Shown: piece by piece, positions 9,896-19,898 of the stretch
How the letters are laid out: each line of letters opens with the position of its first letter
How positions within the stretch are numbered: the first letter of the stretch is position 1
Assembly: GCA_003697105.1 (NCBI GenBank)
Contig: RFFQ01000193.1
Span: forward strand, 1-33,769
Source: Gemmatimonadota bacterium
GTDB taxonomy: Bacteria > 4572-55 > J002
DNA: 33,769 bases
Direction: 5' to 3'
Made by a program: the position numbers and the translations under genes
Notes under the pieces: generated by a model
Databases searched by the model: none
Seen by the model: only the letters and a program-made list of their open reading frames with translations
What the model was told of the DNA's origin: nothing

Positions 9896-10753
9896 TTAAC
9901 GTCTGGGGGGTTGATTGAGTGGTTTGAGGGTTAAAAACACTTCGGTTAGACGAACAAATTCGGTTAATGAAAGCGATTCTGCCCGGCGTGACCCCTCAAT
10001 ATTGGCTTCTTGAAAAAGCATTGCTAGCTGATTTACGGTTAGCGGTAGCTTTTTCAGGTTGTTACGCAACATTTTCCGGCGTGGATTGAACGCCATTTTA
10101 ACCAGCATTGTAAATGCGTTTTTATCTGGGATAGTCACCGGCGGATGGCGAAAATCCAGCGAGATGACGGTCGATTCCACTTGCGGGACGGGGTAAAACG
10201 CCCCCGGATTAAGCCGCATCTTTAATGTGATATGGGCGTACGCCTGCACTAACACCGAGAGAATGCCATAGTTGGCGGTGCCCGGGGCGGCAAGCAGGCG
10301 CTCTCCAACTTCCCGTTGTACCAGCACCAGCGCTTGCTGAACCGGTACGGGAGAGTCGATCAGTTGGGCTAAAATGGGTGAGGTGATATAATAGGGCAAA
10401 TTCCCAACGACTACCAGTGGCAGATCGACCTCGTGCACCAGAGCGGTAAAATCACACTGCAATATATCCGCCTGAACCAGCCGGAAATCGGATTGACCGG
10501 CAAATTGTTCTTGCAGAACCCCCACCAATAGGGGGTCAATTTCCACTGCCGTCACCGGATAGCCCCGTGCCAGTAAAATCTGGGTGAGTGCGCCGACACC
10601 GGGTCCGATTTCAATGATTTGCACCTTGGGGGGTACCGCGTCGATGATCTTCTCATTCAATAGCGGCTGGCACAAAAAATTTTGCCCCCATCGCTTGCGG
10701 GGGCGAATATTCGCACGTTCTAAAATCGTTTTCGGGTGAACAAAATGAGTCAT
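9896..10753 (-). CDS. rsmA: 16S rRNA m6(2)A dimethyltransferase KsgA/RsmA
   Basis: KRWGQNFL, EIGPGVGALT, VEID, GNLPYYITSP, FYPVPQVES, RRKMLRN. Confidence 0.95.
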   Translation of the reverse strand: MTHFVHPKTILERANIRPRKRWGQNFLCQPLLNEKIIDAVPPKVQIIEIGPGVGALTQILLARGYPVTAVEIDPLLVGVLQEQFAGQSDFRLVQADILQCDFTALVHEVDLPLVVVGNLPYYITSPILAQLIDSPVPVQQALVLVQREVGERLLAAPGTANYGILSVLVQAYAHITLKMRLNPGAFYPVPQVESTVISLDFRHPPVTIPDKNAFTMLVKMAFNPRRKMLRNNLKKLPLTVNQLAMLFQEANIEGSRRAESLSLTEFVRLTEVFLTLKPLNQPPRR

Positions 10754-10897
10754 ATTGGGATCATTTAAGGAACGTCAGTGACCGGATTTGAACAAAAGCA
10801 CCGTCACTTGAGCCGGAATATTATGTTACAATTGCGGTAAAGGGTTGGAGAATACACCACCTCCGGTAAGATCAGAATGGCGTACCTCTACGCCTTC

Positions 10898-11749
10898 CTA
10901 TCTATATAATTTCGCGGCTTGGACGGTGTTATACATCAGCATCGCGATGGTCATCGGTCCCACCCCACCGGGTACAGGTGTGATGGCGTAAGCTTTTTCT
11001 GCCACACCTTTAAAATCAATGTCACCACAAAGTGTGCCATCTTCCCACCGGTTGACGCCCACATCAATGGCAATAACCCCCTCCTTGACCATATCCGCCG
11101 TGATAAAATTTGCCTGTCCGATGGCGGCAACCAAAATATCCGCCTGCCGGGTAATCTCGGCGATGTTTTGGGTGCGAGAGTGGCAGATCGTCACCGTGGC
11201 GTTTGCCCATGCCGCTTTTTGGACGAAGATCAGTGCCTGCGGTTTGCCCACAATGTTGCTCCGCCCGACAATCACCACATGCTTGCCGAACGGGTCAAGG
11301 TTGTAGGCTTCCAGCAGTTTTTGCACACCCAACGGGGTGCAGGGGATAAACGTGGGCACTCCGATAGAAAGCCGCCCGACGTTGTAAGGGTGAAAGCCGT
11401 CCACATCTTTTTGGGGATCGATGGTTTCAATGATCACCTGTTCATCAATATGGGCCGGTAGGGGCAGTTGCACTAAAATTCCATGGACGGTTTTATCCGC
11501 ATTTAACCGCTGAATGTACTCCACCAATTCCGGTTGGGATGTCTTCGCTGGTAACCGAATGGATTCCGACTTGAATCCCAACCGTTTGGCGATTTTACCT
11601 TTGCTACGCACGTACACTTCGGAGGCGGGGTCGTCTCCCACCAGTACGGTTGTTAAGCCGGGGGTCAGCCCCAGTTCTGCGATTTCCGCTTTTAACGCGT
11701 GACGGATGGCTTTGGCTGTGGCTTTACCGTCGATGATGATTGCTGACAT
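10898..11749 (-). CDS. folD: Methylenetetrahydrofolate dehydrogenase/cyclohydrolase
   Basis: HGILVQLPLP, KDVDGFHP, PCTPLG, GRSNIVGKP, TPVPGGVGPMT. Confidence 0.97.
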   Translation of the reverse strand: MSAIIIDGKATAKAIRHALKAEIAELGLTPGLTTVLVGDDPASEVYVRSKGKIAKRLGFKSESIRLPAKTSQPELVEYIQRLNADKTVHGILVQLPLPAHIDEQVIIETIDPQKDVDGFHPYNVGRLSIGVPTFIPCTPLGVQKLLEAYNLDPFGKHVVIVGRSNIVGKPQALIFVQKAAWANATVTICHSRTQNIAEITRQADILVAAIGQANFITADMVKEGVIAIDVGVNRWEDGTLCGDIDFKGVAEKAYAITPVPGGVGPMTIAMLMYNTVQAAKLYR

Positions 11750-11785
11750 TGTATAAATCCTTATAAGATGTTGGTAAATTGAATG

Positions 11786-13003
11786 TTATCGGATTAACAG
11801 AATCGGTTGAATTACCGGTTGGTGTGATGTGGTTAATCGAACAAAATAATGTCCACTTGACGCGGCTCGGCGCGTCTTCGTTGTTCCATCCCACAGGACG
11901 CGATGATCTCCGGCATTGAACCACCCTTCTTGCAAGCACCGCACCAGCCGCCCCTGACTATCGTAAATTGCCAACTGAATATTATCTGCCTGCGGTAAAG
12001 TAAAGCGGATGGTTGTATTCGGGTTAAATGGATTCGGGTAATTTTGTAATTGATAAAGGTCTGGCATATCAATGGATTTTGGAGAGCCAACACGGGTCAA
12101 GCCGCAGGGGATTGTGTCCGTGATGGTGGAATCCGACACAAACGCTTGCCATTGTCTGGCAACACGGCGGGTGATGAGCCACGAGGCTTGCCCGGGGTCC
12201 TCATTGTAACACTCATATTCACCGATACTGTACCGGTCTCGATTACCTAACCACGCCGTTTCTTCTTCGATGGGGCGCAATTCGACCGGTTCATCCAGCG
12301 GTATTTCGTCTGGCAGACGGCGATCAATCACCGCTTGAAAAAACGTATTGAGCAGTTCCTGATCGCGGATCATGCCATGCCCAGCACGCGGTTCCATTGC
12401 CAAGCACCAGCGTGCGCCTAGGGGGCGGTGCCGCTCAAAAATACCGGTTAAGTTTTCGATGCGATAATCCAGATCGAGTTCGCCAGTAAAGAGGTAGCCC
12501 GGTACGTGGATCGCCTCACCGGCCGCGGTGGTATCATGCAGACCCCCTTTTTGGGTGATAAAGCCAATTGCGCGGCTTGGATTCCACAGGGTGAAGTGGT
12601 AGGAGAATTGCCCTCCCCACGAGTACCCATTGAAAAAAATTGTACTGAATGCCACTTCAGAGTGGCCGCTCAAGATGGCAAATTGCGCCAGTGCTTCCAA
12701 CACCGCATCACCAATGCCGGAGTCCATGTGCATGTTATCCAGACGAGCGCCCATCAGGGCGAAATCATGGTCTTCGCAAAGTTGGCGATAGCCGCTGTTA
12801 TGGACAATGGTGCGAGAGTCCACATATTGCGGCATTACGTAAAAGTAGATGCCCCGCACCACATCCAGATTGTCGGGGAGATACAGCCGAAAATCTGCCC
12901 GATCATAGGTGTCTCCCGGTTCCGGTTCAATAGAGACATCATAAATGGCGGCGGAAAGTACCGCGGGTATTATCAAAATGAAGAGCAGAAACCGGTGCGT
13001 CAT
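11786..13003 (-). CDS. Secreted alpha/beta-hydrolase-like protein with C-terminal FlgD-Ig/T9SS-type domain
   Basis: Signal peptide; GYSWGG (GxSxG) nucleophile elbow; candidate catalytic D (GELD) and H (AGHG); C-terminal LQNYPNPFNP...IYD..GRLV...WDG. Confidence 0.7.
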   Translation of the reverse strand: MTHRFLLFILIIPAVLSAAIYDVSIEPEPGDTYDRADFRLYLPDNLDVVRGIYFYVMPQYVDSRTIVHNSGYRQLCEDHDFALMGARLDNMHMDSGIGDAVLEALAQFAILSGHSEVAFSTIFFNGYSWGGQFSYHFTLWNPSRAIGFITQKGGLHDTTAAGEAIHVPGYLFTGELDLDYRIENLTGIFERHRPLGARWCLAMEPRAGHGMIRDQELLNTFFQAVIDRRLPDEIPLDEPVELRPIEEETAWLGNRDRYSIGEYECYNEDPGQASWLITRRVARQWQAFVSDSTITDTIPCGLTRVGSPKSIDMPDLYQLQNYPNPFNPNTTIRFTLPQADNIQLAIYDSQGRLVRCLQEGWFNAGDHRVLWDGTTKTRRAASSGHYFVRLTTSHQPVIQPILLIR

Positions 13004-13860
13004 TGGATTTCTCCATCCGGGTTATAATTTAATATCAGTACTTCCTTTACACGCCCCCGGCGCTTTGCATTGGAGTTAATTGCTCGGGTTGCTTGTACAA
13101 TTTCAATGCGGTAAGGGGCGTATAGGTCTAAAATAAAAGGTGTGTAGGCATTACTGAGCATACATTTGCACCCTTTTGCGGTCAGTTGGGCGAACACCTT
13201 TGCCAATTCATGCTGATCGGTCTCCCGAAAATCTTCTGCGGTATAACCGGTAAAATTTGCTGTTTTGCTGAGCGGGTCATAAGGGGGGTCGAAATAGACA
13301 AAATCACCGGCTTGTGCCTTACCGGCAACCGCCCGAAAATTGAGGGTGTAAAGGGTCGCGTTTTGCAATGCTTTGCTGGCGGCTCTCAATGCTTCGGGGT
13401 CGTAAATTTTCGGATTTTGATACCGTCCGATAGGCACATTGAACTGCCCTTTGCGGTTGACCCGGTATAAGCCGTTATAACAGGTTTTGTTCAGGTAGAT
13501 CAGCCGTGCCGCCCGTTCTAGATCGCTCAGCACCTTTTTTTGCCGGTCGAGGTTGCGAACCTCATAATAATAGGTGTTACTATGTTTTTTTTTATGACGG
13601 GCAAGATAGGCGATTAATTGCTCCGGTTGGTCCCGCAAGACCCGATAGGTATTGATTAAGTCGTGATTCGTATCCGACAAAAAAATATCACCGGTTAATT
13701 TTCCATCGGAAAATAAATGGAAAAAGACGGCACCACTCCCCACAAACGGTTCAAAATAACGGGGAATCTCTGCCGGAAAGAAAGGGTCATACTGCGCCAG
13801 CAACTGTTGTTTTCCACCTGCCCATTTTAAAAAGGGTTTGACTCGAAATGATGTTTTCAT
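13000..13860 (-). CDS. dam: Dam-family DNA adenine methyltransferase (orphan)
   Basis: LKWAGGK, EPFVGSG, LNKTCYNGLYRVN, FNVP, FDPPY. Confidence 0.92.
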   Translation of the reverse strand: MKTSFRVKPFLKWAGGKQQLLAQYDPFFPAEIPRYFEPFVGSGAVFFHLFSDGKLTGDIFLSDTNHDLINTYRVLRDQPEQLIAYLARHKKKHSNTYYYEVRNLDRQKKVLSDLERAARLIYLNKTCYNGLYRVNRKGQFNVPIGRYQNPKIYDPEALRAASKALQNATLYTLNFRAVAGKAQAGDFVYFDPPYDPLSKTANFTGYTAEDFRETDQHELAKVFAQLTAKGCKCMLSNAYTPFILDLYAPYRIEIVQATRAINSNAKRRGRVKEVLILNYNPDGEIQ

Positions 13861-13897
13861 GAATATATTATCAACGCTCGTGGTATCACCTCAACAT

Positions 13898-13938
13898 AAA
13901 AAAACAGACTCTTTTAAGCAAGTCAAGAGTCTGTTTTT
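13898..13938 (-). terminator. Rho-independent terminator after the TPR gene
   Basis: AAAAACAGACTCTT / AAGAGTCTGTTTTT inverted repeat; T7 tract on the minus strand. Confidence 0.75.
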
Positions 13939-13962
13939 ATAAGGCTTCTATGACCACCGGGG

Positions 13963-14928
13963 TTAGTGATATTGTTGGGATTCGATCTCTTGTGCCCGGC
14001 GGAACTCGGCGGCGGCGGCATCTCGGGCGCCCATCCGCAGATAAATCGCGCCTAGATTGGCATGAGCCGGTGCAAAATTATCATTAAAGTAGATTGCTTT
14101 TTTGTAATGAAACATGGCGGCATCATAATCCCCTTTTTTGTGGTAATCTACGCCAAAGTCGTAGTGCAATTTTGCTTTTTGATCCGGTGTGATGAAGGTC
14201 GAATCCACTGCCATCGCGGCATTATATTCTTCCACCGCCTGATCTAAGTTCCCCGCGTGATAAAATTCCATAGCGAGCTCATAATGCAAGTTGGCTATCC
14301 GGTTGGTAGAGTGGGGGGTATCTTCTGGTGTTTCGGATTGTTCCGGGGCGGGTGTTGCAGGTGGTTCTTCTTCTGGGCGGGATTCCACAGTTTCCGTTGC
14401 GGGTCCCGGGAGGGGGGTGAATTCCGGCACGCTGGGTTCAGGTAATTCTTCGGGGACGGGGATTAACCGTTCGGTGGTAGGGGGTGTTTCTGCCAGATCG
14501 GGTGCTTTTTTGGTTTTTCCATTTTCTTCCGGCGTGATTTCCGCAAACACCGGTTCTCCCGGTAGGGGTGGGAGTGTTTCGATCTCATGTTCTACCGGTG
14601 GCTCTGGCATCACCTCCGGTTCCACGGCTGGGGTTGGCGGTGGTGTACTGGATTCCGGTTGAACCGGCTTTTCACCGAATTTGGGTTGCTCCGTTTGGGC
14701 GCGGAGTTCCGCTTGGAGGACGGGTATTAAGTCTTCCGCGCGGATATGCATCCGTCCGGGGCGTGCCGGGGGTTTCCGGTGGGTGATTTCCAGTACGGGA
14801 ACTTCACTTTCCGGGCTTAATATATCGTCTGCGGGGGGTGTTGCTCCCGAGGATTGTGCCCCACCGGTATCTATCACCACCAATAGGGCGATTACAACCG
14901 CGATAAGACTACACGTTAAAGGTCGCAT
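13963..14928 (-). CDS. Exported protein with long Pro/Glu-rich linker and C-terminal TPRs
   Basis: N-terminal hydrophobic signal, roughly 150 aa P/E/T-rich segment, then TPR-like units (HYELAMEF, HYDFGVDY, AHANLGAIY); ATG 14928 with AGGAG SD. Confidence 0.8.
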   Translation of the reverse strand: MRPLTCSLIAVVIALLVVIDTGGAQSSGATPPADDILSPESEVPVLEITHRKPPARPGRMHIRAEDLIPVLQAELRAQTEQPKFGEKPVQPESSTPPPTPAVEPEVMPEPPVEHEIETLPPLPGEPVFAEITPEENGKTKKAPDLAETPPTTERLIPVPEELPEPSVPEFTPLPGPATETVESRPEEEPPATPAPEQSETPEDTPHSTNRIANLHYELAMEFYHAGNLDQAVEEYNAAMAVDSTFITPDQKAKLHYDFGVDYHKKGDYDAAMFHYKKAIYFNDNFAPAHANLGAIYLRMGARDAAAAEFRRAQEIESQQYH

Positions 14929-15011
14929 GGAAATTCTCCTTTTTAGGGCGTGTTTCATTTGGATTCTCCGGTACTCATTTTAGCATAAAACAGGGCGCAG
15001 GGTCAATCTTT

Positions 15012-15713
15012 TTATTCGGTGTCGGATTTGCCCTCTTCCAACAGCCCCATAGACTTTTTCAATTCCAGCAGGTCGCTTTCCACCGCCCCGGTGCCGGTTG
15101 TCAGTTCCGCAAATTGGTCTTCTAGGTTACTACCGGCTTCTAATGCGGCCATATCGGCACTGGCATCGGCTTCGGCTTCCAATTGATCGACTTTTTCTGC
15201 CATGCGGTCAAAGGTATCAAAGGCGCTGGTATCGCTTAGACCGGAGATCGTTTGGTGGATTGATTTCTGGGCTTCTGCGCGTTTTTTGCGGGCGATCAGC
15301 AGATTTTTCTTCCGGTCGGCTTCGTCAATTTTACGATTCAGCGTTTGCAGCTGGTTTTTCAAGCCATCTGTGGCTTGTTTTTGTTTATCCCACTGGAGTT
15401 TGTACTCATTGGCCAACTGTTGATGTTCATTCCGGCGGGCGACAGCCTCTCGTGCTAAATCTTCCCGACCCCGTTGAAGTGCCAATTTTGCCTTTTCTTC
15501 CCATTCTTTGCTGAGTTCCATCTCTTTTTCATAACGCTGTTTTAACCGTTTTTCATCCGCCACGGCTTGCGTCACTTGGCTTTTTGCCTTGGCGTATTGC
15601 TCTTTCATCTCAATGATCGTCTGATTCAGCATTTTTTCTGGATCTTCAGCCTTGCTGATCAAGTGATTAATGTTTGACTTGATCATCGTGGAAAGTCGAC
15701 TAAAAAGTCCCAT
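15012..15713 (-). CDS. pspA: PspA/IM30 family protein
   Basis: MGLFSRL...AEDPEKML, EDLAREA, FDRMAEKV, long coiled coil. Confidence 0.93.
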   Translation of the reverse strand: MGLFSRLSTMIKSNINHLISKAEDPEKMLNQTIIEMKEQYAKAKSQVTQAVADEKRLKQRYEKEMELSKEWEEKAKLALQRGREDLAREAVARRNEHQQLANEYKLQWDKQKQATDGLKNQLQTLNRKIDEADRKKNLLIARKKRAEAQKSIHQTISGLSDTSAFDTFDRMAEKVDQLEAEADASADMAALEAGSNLEDQFAELTTGTGAVESDLLELKKSMGLLEEGKSDTE

Positions 15714-15765
15714 GGGTTTGTACCTCCAAACATGTGAGTGAATTGATGATGGCGTTTTGATGACG

Positions 15766-18084
15766 TTATTTGATTAACATTGCCGTTTGGGTGAATTGTG
15801 TCGTAGGGGTTTTCAATTGGTAGAGATAGAGACCACTTTCAACCGGTTGGTGTTGATTATCCGTTCCGTCCCATTCTAGTTGGTACTGTCCGGGGAGGGG
15901 GTGGTCTCGGTTCCATTGCCGGACGATTTTACCGGCGACATCGTAAATGGTCAGTTGAATAGGCTCGTTTTGCGCAATTTCGTACCGGATCGTTGTCCGG
16001 GGATTGAATGGGTTGGGATAATTTTGAAACAACCGGGTCGCTGTGGGGACATCGGTAACAGGCTCGGATCCACCGGTGGTGGCGGCATATTCCACATGCA
16101 CTGCCTCGAACCGGCTCCATTCACTCCACTGATCGTCGTCATCGAGTGCCCGCACGGTGTACACATAAAGCCCTTCCGGTTGATCGACAATCTCAAACAC
16201 CGGTTCAAGAATTGCTTCATCTAAGATGATTTCGCTCCCAAACTGGGTCGTCGGATAAATATCATCGATATAAAATCCTTCGCCCAACACGCCGCCGTCG
16301 GTCACATAATGAAAACGAATCAGAATTAATTGCCCCTGATATGCACTTAGATCAAATTCAGCTAAGACCCAACTATTATTGGAACTTCCGGTGATTCCGT
16401 GCCCGCGATTTTGCCCGTAGGGATTACTTTCGGTAGTGATGTTTCCGGGAATGGGTTCCCACGTCTCCCCGCCATCGGTAGAAAGCTCGACATAAGCATA
16501 ATCCCAATTCATTTCAATGTCATACCACGTATAAAATTGGAATACGCTATTTTGTTCGGTCACAACCACGGGGTTTAATGCCGTGCAGGTGCTACTCATG
16601 TTGTGGTTGTGTCCTCCAAAATAAGCACGTTCCCCGCTGTAATGCCGGTTAGTACGCATCGTAAATCCATTTGCTACGGTGTAATAATCGTTGGTTTCAC
16701 ATTCATCCGTAAATTGATTATAATCGGATTGTTCTTTCAGCGCATACTGGACAATCGGGTTATGTTCATCGATTTCAGGTGTCCAACTGACTTGATAAGT
16801 GCCGTCATTATCATAACTGAGAGGGTTAATTGTGGGGGCGTAAGGGGGCGCCAGATGGTAGGGCATATTACCGGCAATTTGGGCATAGTACAAATTGGGT
16901 TCTAGGTTTTCCTCAACAAGGGATGGAATCCGGCTTTCCGGGGGCCAAAACCCATCGGAAAAGGTCCCAACTTCCGGGGTGAGACTAAAATAGCGATATG
17001 TTTCGGTGGTTTCGCCGTATGCCCAATCATCGGTGTCACCATTAGTGACGTAAATAACACCATCCGCGACATTACCGGGGGTGTAGCCATTGAAGGCAGT
17101 GGCGGTTTGTGCCAGTTCCATAAATACAGCATCATGGTGTGTGTCGCGGGCTTCGTAACCCCACGGGAACAACCACAGATTGCCATAACTGTGGTACGAA
17201 AGTCCAACCACAAAATGGTGTGCGGCAACAAAATCCCGAATTGCTTGAGATTCCGGTTCGGAAAAAGCATGTGTGCCACGATAGGTCTCACTACTGCTGT
17301 TGGGACTGGAGCCGATGTTGTCATAGCCCCACATATAACCAAAATTACGGTTTAAGTCCACCCCGAATGTCCCATCCCCGTTATCACGACGGTTTTTGCG
17401 CCACCAAGCGTTCTCATTTTCCACGTGAATGTGTCCGTCTGGATTGTAGGTGGGGATAATCCAGAGTTGCCGGTTATCAATGATTTCGGTGACGGCATCA
17501 TCCACACCGTAATTATCGACCAAATAGTTGAGAAAATAGAGCAACACTTCTGGCGTGATGACCTCGCGGGAGTGCATGTTGGCGGTATAGAGTACTTCCG
17601 GCTCATCTGGTTCGTTTGTTTCCACATTATCGGAGACTTTTATTGCCCAAATGTCGCGCCCTTCATAGCTTTGTCCGATAGATTCAAGATGGGTAATTTC
17701 CGGGTATGTCTCGTGAATCTGGTTCAATTCATCGATCATTTCCTGCACGGTGTGGTAAGCCCCCATATCTCGCAAATGCCCAACTCGCTGATCGTATTCA
17801 GCTTGTAAATCTGCAGAGATTACCACCGGTTGATAGCCCATCTCCGCCAACTGATTGGCATCTGCCCGGCGCGCGACAATGTCAATAAACCGGTTTCCGT
17901 TTTCATCTTGCAATACCGGATACCGGCAGGATGCAAAATCAAAGGGATAACTTAAAATATCACGAATTTGACTTTCTGTTTCCACCGGAACTCGTAACAA
18001 TTGGTGTACCTCACGGGCAAACGTGGTGAACACCATCAACAGCACTATCAAACTGGTGAAAATAAAGCGGCATAAACCGTTCAT
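15766..18084 (-). CDS. Secreted M14 zinc carboxypeptidase (CPT-like) with beta-sandwich domain and FlgD/T9SS-type C-terminal domain
   Basis: HSRE, NPDG, WRKNR, GVDLNRNF, SYHSYG, TPEVG; immune-inhibitor-A-like WYDIE..WDYAYVE.S.DGG..W...GFYIDD; C-terminal NYPNPFNP. Confidence 0.9.
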   Translation of the reverse strand: MNGLCRFIFTSLIVLLMVFTTFAREVHQLLRVPVETESQIRDILSYPFDFASCRYPVLQDENGNRFIDIVARRADANQLAEMGYQPVVISADLQAEYDQRVGHLRDMGAYHTVQEMIDELNQIHETYPEITHLESIGQSYEGRDIWAIKVSDNVETNEPDEPEVLYTANMHSREVITPEVLLYFLNYLVDNYGVDDAVTEIIDNRQLWIIPTYNPDGHIHVENENAWWRKNRRDNGDGTFGVDLNRNFGYMWGYDNIGSSPNSSSETYRGTHAFSEPESQAIRDFVAAHHFVVGLSYHSYGNLWLFPWGYEARDTHHDAVFMELAQTATAFNGYTPGNVADGVIYVTNGDTDDWAYGETTETYRYFSLTPEVGTFSDGFWPPESRIPSLVEENLEPNLYYAQIAGNMPYHLAPPYAPTINPLSYDNDGTYQVSWTPEIDEHNPIVQYALKEQSDYNQFTDECETNDYYTVANGFTMRTNRHYSGERAYFGGHNHNMSSTCTALNPVVVTEQNSVFQFYTWYDIEMNWDYAYVELSTDGGETWEPIPGNITTESNPYGQNRGHGITGSSNNSWVLAEFDLSAYQGQLILIRFHYVTDGGVLGEGFYIDDIYPTTQFGSEIILDEAILEPVFEIVDQPEGLYVYTVRALDDDDQWSEWSRFEAVHVEYAATTGGSEPVTDVPTATRLFQNYPNPFNPRTTIRYEIAQNEPIQLTIYDVAGKIVRQWNRDHPLPGQYQLEWDGTDNQHQPVESGLYLYQLKTPTTQFTQTAMLIK

Positions 18085-18094
18085 GGCGGAGTCC

Positions 18095-18481
18095 TTATTT
18101 TTTGCGGTAATCCGCTAATAGATTATAACTGAGGGATGCGGCTAGATTCAACGAATCAATTGACGCTTTGAGTTCATTCACGTCCAAATTTTCCAGTTGC
18201 AAGGTATCCACCACGATAATGGCATCTTCATCAATTGCGAACGCGCCGTGATCCATTTCTGTGGCGTTGGCAATGAGTAATTTTTTATACAACTCTTCGG
18301 ACGGATTCAATTTGGAAAGGGGTACCAAGCTGATCTGCAAGATCAACAGGGGTGGGGCATAGGCGACCACCATCGGGGGATCGTTTTCATCCAGACGACC
18401 GACCCAAACATCGTCACCACGCTTCTCAAACTCGAAACCGATTTCGGTAAAGTATGCGGTAATATCGGTATGTGTTTTCAT
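18095..18481 (-). CDS. CesT/YbjN-like (T3SS-chaperone fold) protein
   Basis: 128 aa acidic protein with LYKKLLIAN..MDHGAFAID...DTLQLENLD.NEL; AAGGAGG SD. Confidence 0.7.
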   Translation of the reverse strand: MKTHTDITAYFTEIGFEFEKRGDDVWVGRLDENDPPMVVAYAPPLLILQISLVPLSKLNPSEELYKKLLIANATEMDHGAFAIDEDAIIVVDTLQLENLDVNELKASIDSLNLAASLSYNLLADYRKK

Positions 18482-18556
18482 CCCAAGATAACCTCCTTGA
18501 AGTGATCGGGGAAAAAGGGGGGGGTTACGTGTAACAATTTGAATTTACGACATATA

Positions 18557-18585
18557 AATTTAGGGTACGCATCTAGTGTGCGCAA
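18557..18585 (-). promoter_or_regulatory. Possible sigma70 promoter for the CesT-like/peptidase/pspA cluster
   Basis: Minus strand TTGCGC-N17-TAAATT. Confidence 0.35.
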
Positions 18586-18594
18586 GGATTAAAG

Positions 18595-19866
18595 TTACCC
18601 GACCGGTTTGGCGGGGAGTAACTGACCCCTACATTCACCAAATCCAACCCGAAATCCATCTCCTTGGCACCAGCCGGTCATGATCACGGTGTCACCATCT
18701 TGTAAAAATTTGCGGTGTTTGCCGTTGGGCAATTCGACCGGCTCCGTACCACGCCACGTATATTCTAATAAACAACCGCGTGATTCTTTTTCCGGACCAC
18801 TGATAGTCCCGGAAGCCAACAAATCGCCGGGGCGCATATTACAACCCGTGATGGTATGGTGAGCCAACTGTTGGCAGATGTTCCAATAGAGATACTTGAA
18901 ATTGGAGGTTGTGATCGTGAACGATTCTGCCATATTTTCCACCTGAAGACTGACTTCCAACCGAATATCATACGACCAATTACGGGCGAGTTGAAGATAA
19001 GGTAAGGGTTGTGGGTTCTGTTCTTGTGTTGGGCAACGAAACGGTTCCAATGCCTCCAAGGTGACGACCCAAGGTGAAATGGTGGTTGCAAAATTTTTTG
19101 CTAAAAAGGGACCTAACGGTTGGTATTCCCATTTTTGGATGTCCCGGGCACTCCAATCGTTTACCAAAACCATCCCAAAGATATGATCGAGTGCCTGATC
19201 CACTGGAATCGGGTCACCCAAAGCATTACCGGGTCCGGTAAAAAATCCCATCTCTAATTCATAATCCATCAGGCGGGAGGGGTTAAACACCGGTGTATTG
19301 CTATCTGCCGGGAGTACCTGCCCCTGCGGGCGGTGTACCGGTGTGCCGCTGATAATCACCGAGCTTGCCCGCCCATGATATGCCACCGGCAAATGGAGCC
19401 AGTTGGGCATCAGGGCATTTTCTTTGCCCCGAAACATGGTACCCACGTTCTCCGCATGATATTTGGAAGAGTAAAAATCGGTGTAATCCCCAATATGGAC
19501 TGGCACATGCATTTGTGCCTCACTCATCGGGATGAGGACTTGATCCCGCAGCCAGATATCATCCCGCAAGGTGGGGTTATCGGCACTCAGGAGTTCCTGT
19601 AGCTGTTGGCGGGCTTCCGACCATGCCGCCTTGCCCAATCCCATAAACGCATTGAGGGTGGGTTCTAAAAAAACCTGTTTACCCCTCAAATGGGTGCCAT
19701 TGAAGACCTGTTTTTTGTCCAATTGATACAGGTCTAGGATAAATTCACCAATGGCAACCCCGATGTGAGGCTCCGGGTTGCGCGGTGACGTGAATACACC
19801 GTAAGGCAAATTTTGGATCGGAAAATGGGAGTCTTCCGGGACATCAATGAATGATTTCAATCGCAT
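18595..19866 (-). CDS. fahA: Fumarylacetoacetase
   Basis: [59 protein letters not shown]. Confidence 0.96.
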   Translation of the reverse strand: MRLKSFIDVPEDSHFPIQNLPYGVFTSPRNPEPHIGVAIGEFILDLYQLDKKQVFNGTHLRGKQVFLEPTLNAFMGLGKAAWSEARQQLQELLSADNPTLRDDIWLRDQVLIPMSEAQMHVPVHIGDYTDFYSSKYHAENVGTMFRGKENALMPNWLHLPVAYHGRASSVIISGTPVHRPQGQVLPADSNTPVFNPSRLMDYELEMGFFTGPGNALGDPIPVDQALDHIFGMVLVNDWSARDIQKWEYQPLGPFLAKNFATTISPWVVTLEALEPFRCPTQEQNPQPLPYLQLARNWSYDIRLEVSLQVENMAESFTITTSNFKYLYWNICQQLAHHTITGCNMRPGDLLASGTISGPEKESRGCLLEYTWRGTEPVELPNGKHRKFLQDGDTVIMTGWCQGDGFRVGFGECRGQLLPAKPVG

Positions 19867-19898
19867 TAAACCTCCTTCATATCTGGGTAATGTTCGGG

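Noticed and set aside
14290-14700. Tandem repeat or mobile element in the Pro/Glu-rich region
   Set aside because: Low-complexity protein linker with no discrete nucleotide repeat unit
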